NCBI RefSeq assembly: GCF_964204645.1
Contig: NC_134027.1
Span: 17,198,560 to 17,262,559 of the forward strand
Reading direction: 5' to 3'
Source of the DNA: Tubulanus polymorphus
Taxonomy: Eukaryota > Animalia > Nemertea
Length of the DNA: 64,000 bases
The notes below the pieces were generated by a model that had not been told where the DNA came from, did no database searches, and saw nothing but the letters and a program-made list of their open reading frames with translations. A program made the translations under genes and the position numbers. How positions within the stretch are numbered: position 1 is the stretch's first letter; each line of letters begins with the position of its first letter. Positions 60,409-64,000 of the stretch are shown here, one piece after another.

Positions 60409-63372
60409 AGATAAAACTTTAACATTCTATAATGTACTACATAATTATATTTATCTTCTTGAGTTACCATTAACTTTTCTGTATGAATATGATTTTCGGG
60501 TTTAATTCTTTTTTGATAATTTGATAATTCTTCATGAGTTACAGTTTTATGTTCGGGACAGTAAGCTAGATTTCTAGATTTATATTTAATATGTTCAGAA
60601 TATTCTAAATCTACAACAAAGAAGTAACCAGTATCTGAATCATCTGCAATATCTAGAATTCTTTTCTTCCAATCAAATTTATCATTATTTTCATTCTGTA
60701 AAACTTCAGTTAATTCAAATACTCCATAAGGTTGTGGTTCCATCATTGCCCAACCATACAAATTATTTGCATCTATATATAATAACTTATATCCAGGGTT
60801 ATCATTTACATTGAAATATCTATCACCTAATACACCTGAAACTCCTCCTCTTATAGATTTTTCAAATAATAGTAATTGATCTATATTTGTTAACAAATCC
60901 ATTTTTATATCTGTAAATTTTAATCCACAATCCCATGTTAAACCTGGGCTAGAATAACAATGACAAGGATCAATATTAAAATATTTTAGGTTTACATCTC
61001 TAAACCTTTCGAATATATCGGTTAATAATAATACATCTGATTTCAGATATGAATCTACTAATTGTCCATGATTTTCTATTTTGAAATGATTCCAAATATT
61101 CAAAGTTCTATTATATACTTCATCTTTAACATATTCATTTTTTAATTCATCATAGAATTGTTCTTTCAATAATTCAGTTATGTTAAAATCATTATGATTT
61201 TTATAGAAAGAATATGGAATTGCGCCTTTATATCTCATTAATTGAAAATCATCATTATTTGGGTAGTGTTGTTTTAATATTTTTAATTCATCATCAACTA
61301 ATGATTTTGATAAGTTATCTAATGAACTATTTAAAAATCTATATGAATCTATAAATCTTAGGCAACCAAATTGGAATGATATATAATTCTCAGATGTTCT
61401 AGCTAACATTTCAAATTTATAAGTTGGTATTTTATCTTTTGATCTATTTGAATTTAATCTTTCTATTTCATTATTGATTTCTTCTATTTTATGGCATAAC
61501 TGTTTGATGAATAAATGCGCATCATATCCTGATAGATTATGAAATATAACTGGTACAAAGTTAATCTTAGCTTGTAAGTTACAATTCTCATGTGCAGCGC
61601 CTCTAAACTTTCCGTTCAAATGATCATGGTCTCTTACTTTTTTATCTTTATAATTAAATATCTTTTCACAATAATAACATTTATCTGCAAACTCAAATGC
61701 TTCTGTCATTATAATTTCTATATTTGTATTCAATAATTTACTAAATCTTATTTCATATTCAATTAATAAGTCACAAAAATGATTGATAACATTTTCATTT
61801 CTATAATGATAATATTCACGTTCAATTAGTTCTGGATAATCGGATTTAATATATATCCCGAAAGCAGCAGCTGATTGATGAATCTTTTTAATTGTATTTG
61901 TTTTTGGTGGTTCTTCTGAAAAATCATTTTCATTAGAATTTAATTTCTTTCTTTTATAATATATTTCTTTTCTATCTTGATCAGTTAATTCTTTATTTAA
62001 TGATTCAAAATCTCCATATATTACAAATGGTACTTTATTTTTGTAATCATATTTTTGAATTCTAATATTTTATCCTTTTCATTTGGTAAAACTAATTTAC
62101 AATGATCATGATTTTCACATAATTGTTCATGATTTAATAATGCACTTTCAGTTCTGAATTTATGTAAACATTTTCTACATAGATATATTTTATTATCAAA
62201 ATCATTTTCTGATTTAAAAAATAAATCAATTCTTTTAATCCACATATAATGATTCTCATAATATAATATATCTATAACATCGTTTGAATCATAATCTTTT
62301 GATAGGTATAAAGGTTCTAATGTATAATGTTTTATATTGTTACCTTTTGTATTTGGTAATTTGATTAAATCAAATACATTTATCTTTATATTATTATCTC
62401 TTTCTATTTTTGGGATGTTTTTAATTATAACAGGATACTTATCCATCTTATAATTATTTTCAAATGGTTTATAATGAGTTTATCTAAAACTATGTTGTTT
62501 AGAATCTTCAACTGGGTGTAAACAACTAATTATTGCCCATAGAAAACATTTATCATCTTCATTTTGTACATTTATAACAGCATTAGTTTTAAATGGTAGT
62601 TAAATATAACTCGATGCTTCAATATCTGGTTCTTTATAATATGATACATTATTTTCATCTATTGGTTTCGATTTAGTTAACTTATTATATTTTGTGTTAT
62701 AAACATGTAGTCATAAAGTCATAAATATTATTTCATCAAATATTAAACCAGACCCTTCAAAATATTTCTCTTCTATTTTAGTTTTTACTTCATTATAACA
62801 TTTATCTAATTTATCATCTATATGTTGTTTAGATATAATATGTTGTGAATGAGAATTTATATTATATATTGGTTTATCTTCAGATTTTATGAATTTAACT
62901 TTAGAAGATATACTTATTTTAGGATATTCAACATCAGTTATTATTTTTATTATTTCTTTCATATTTTCCAAATGTTTTTTATTTTCTTCTAACGTTTTTC
63001 CTTTATGAAATTTAAACTCAATAGCTGCTGGGCCAATATCACTTTTAAATGTTTCGGTTATCTCTATATCTTTTTATTATCTAATGAATTAATATATTTT
63101 CTTACATCTTCCATGTATGGTCTTTTATTGTTTAATTTATTTTTTATGCTTTTAATTGTCTTCTGTTTCTTATCATTATCTTTATCAAAATAATCTTCAC
63201 CTAAAATATCATTATTCTTATTTCTAATATGACTTTTAGATTTTAAATGTTCATTATAATATCTTTTATCACTGAATGATTGATTACATGTATCACATTT
63301 GTATGTTTCATTTTCATTCTTTAATTCATCTAATTTAGTTTCTAATATATCATCTTTATATTCTAGTTTCAA
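60405..63372 (-). pseudogene. Protein-primed family B DNA polymerase, frameshifted and C-terminally deleted
   Basis: VINVQNEDDKCFLWA and ENHYMWIK (OTU-like Cys/His), IYGDFES (ExoI), CYYC..VRDHDHLNGKFRGAAHENCN, FHNLSGYDAH (ExoII), YLKSDVLLL (ExoIII), YIDANNLYGWAM (motif A); motifs B and C are missing. Confidence 0.92.
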
Positions 63373-64000
63373 TTTATTCTATAAATGTGTTTTAGTTTTA
63401 TTGTGTCTTGATTTTTTAGGATTTATCTATATTGACATTACATGTTGGGCAGTAGTACTTATTTGCTTCCATTTTAATACTAAATTATTTTTTAAATTGA
63501 TTTTAGAAGTTCAATGATTTAAATATGAATTATTTCAATCACACTTTACTAACACTTTTAATGTTTAAAAATCTAACTCATACAAATATAAATATTGAAA
63601 TAATGTTTAAAATATATCTATGTATCTATTCTATAAGAGCTTACACTTTTATATTGAATAATCTGTCAATTTATATGTTATTCATCTATATGAATATTTT
63701 AAGAGTAATAGGGGTTTAGTTGGTTCAGGTTAAAGGTTGAATGGTCGAGTTCATTAAAAGATAAATATTAAAAGTAATTTAAAACTATAATATATTTTCA
63801 TAGCCGTGTGTATTTCAGTTGAATAATAGAATAATTATTATTATTAAAATATATTTGATTATATGAATTTGTGTATTGTAAATAAATCAATTGGTCGCGG
63901 AGCGGAGCGGTAGCGAAGTGGAGCGACCAATTGATTTAATACAATATGCATTTAAAATTTAAATTATTCATATCTTAGAATGAATATTTAGTTATAATAT

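Larger units (their letters stand above)
59023..64000. mobile_element. Polinton-family element D (deleted): integrase plus pPolB; right end lies just beyond the window
   Basis: AGTAATAGGGG left terminus at 59023; the inner arm of the right hairpin starts at 63704; 63790-64000 is the reverse complement of 59136-59345. Confidence 0.9.

Noticed and set aside
59023-64000. Parvovirus-style flip/flop isomers of the terminal hairpins
   Set aside because: In both A and D the two ends show the same orientation relative to the terminus, so there is no evidence of flip/flop in this window.

Overview
AT-rich animal (probably invertebrate) genomic DNA made almost entirely of repeats, with no intact host gene visible. 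The main content is a cluster of five related Polinton/Maverick-type (polintovirus-like) insertions. Where the ends are present they read 5'-AGTAATAGG...CCTATTACT-3' and have 6-bp target-site duplications (TSDs). A (24038-32911) has capsid, membrane-protein, integrase and ATPase genes but no DNA polymerase. B (33448-37681) is nearly one giant inverted repeat with small ORFs and 24-bp arrays. C (56779-58740) is a mini-element. D (59023 to past 64000) has an integrase and a protein-primed PolB with internal deletions. A further fragment at the window start is split by a LINE. The most unusual signal is in the termini of A, C and D. Each is a 150-400 nt fold-back hairpin, and nearly all transition differences between its arms are G-T-wobble compatible on the strand whose 3' end is the element end, which points to a selected single-stranded terminal structure. 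The rest of the window holds three decayed LINEs, older CR1-like RT relics, MITEs (piggyBac-, Harbinger-, Mutator-, Tc1/mariner- and Kolobok-like), DINE-1/HINE-like elements, a Merlin-like transposase relic, a probable arrestin-domain exon relic, satellites, and a multi-kb composite repeat in three copies. All family assignments come from motifs recognised by eye; no database search was run.
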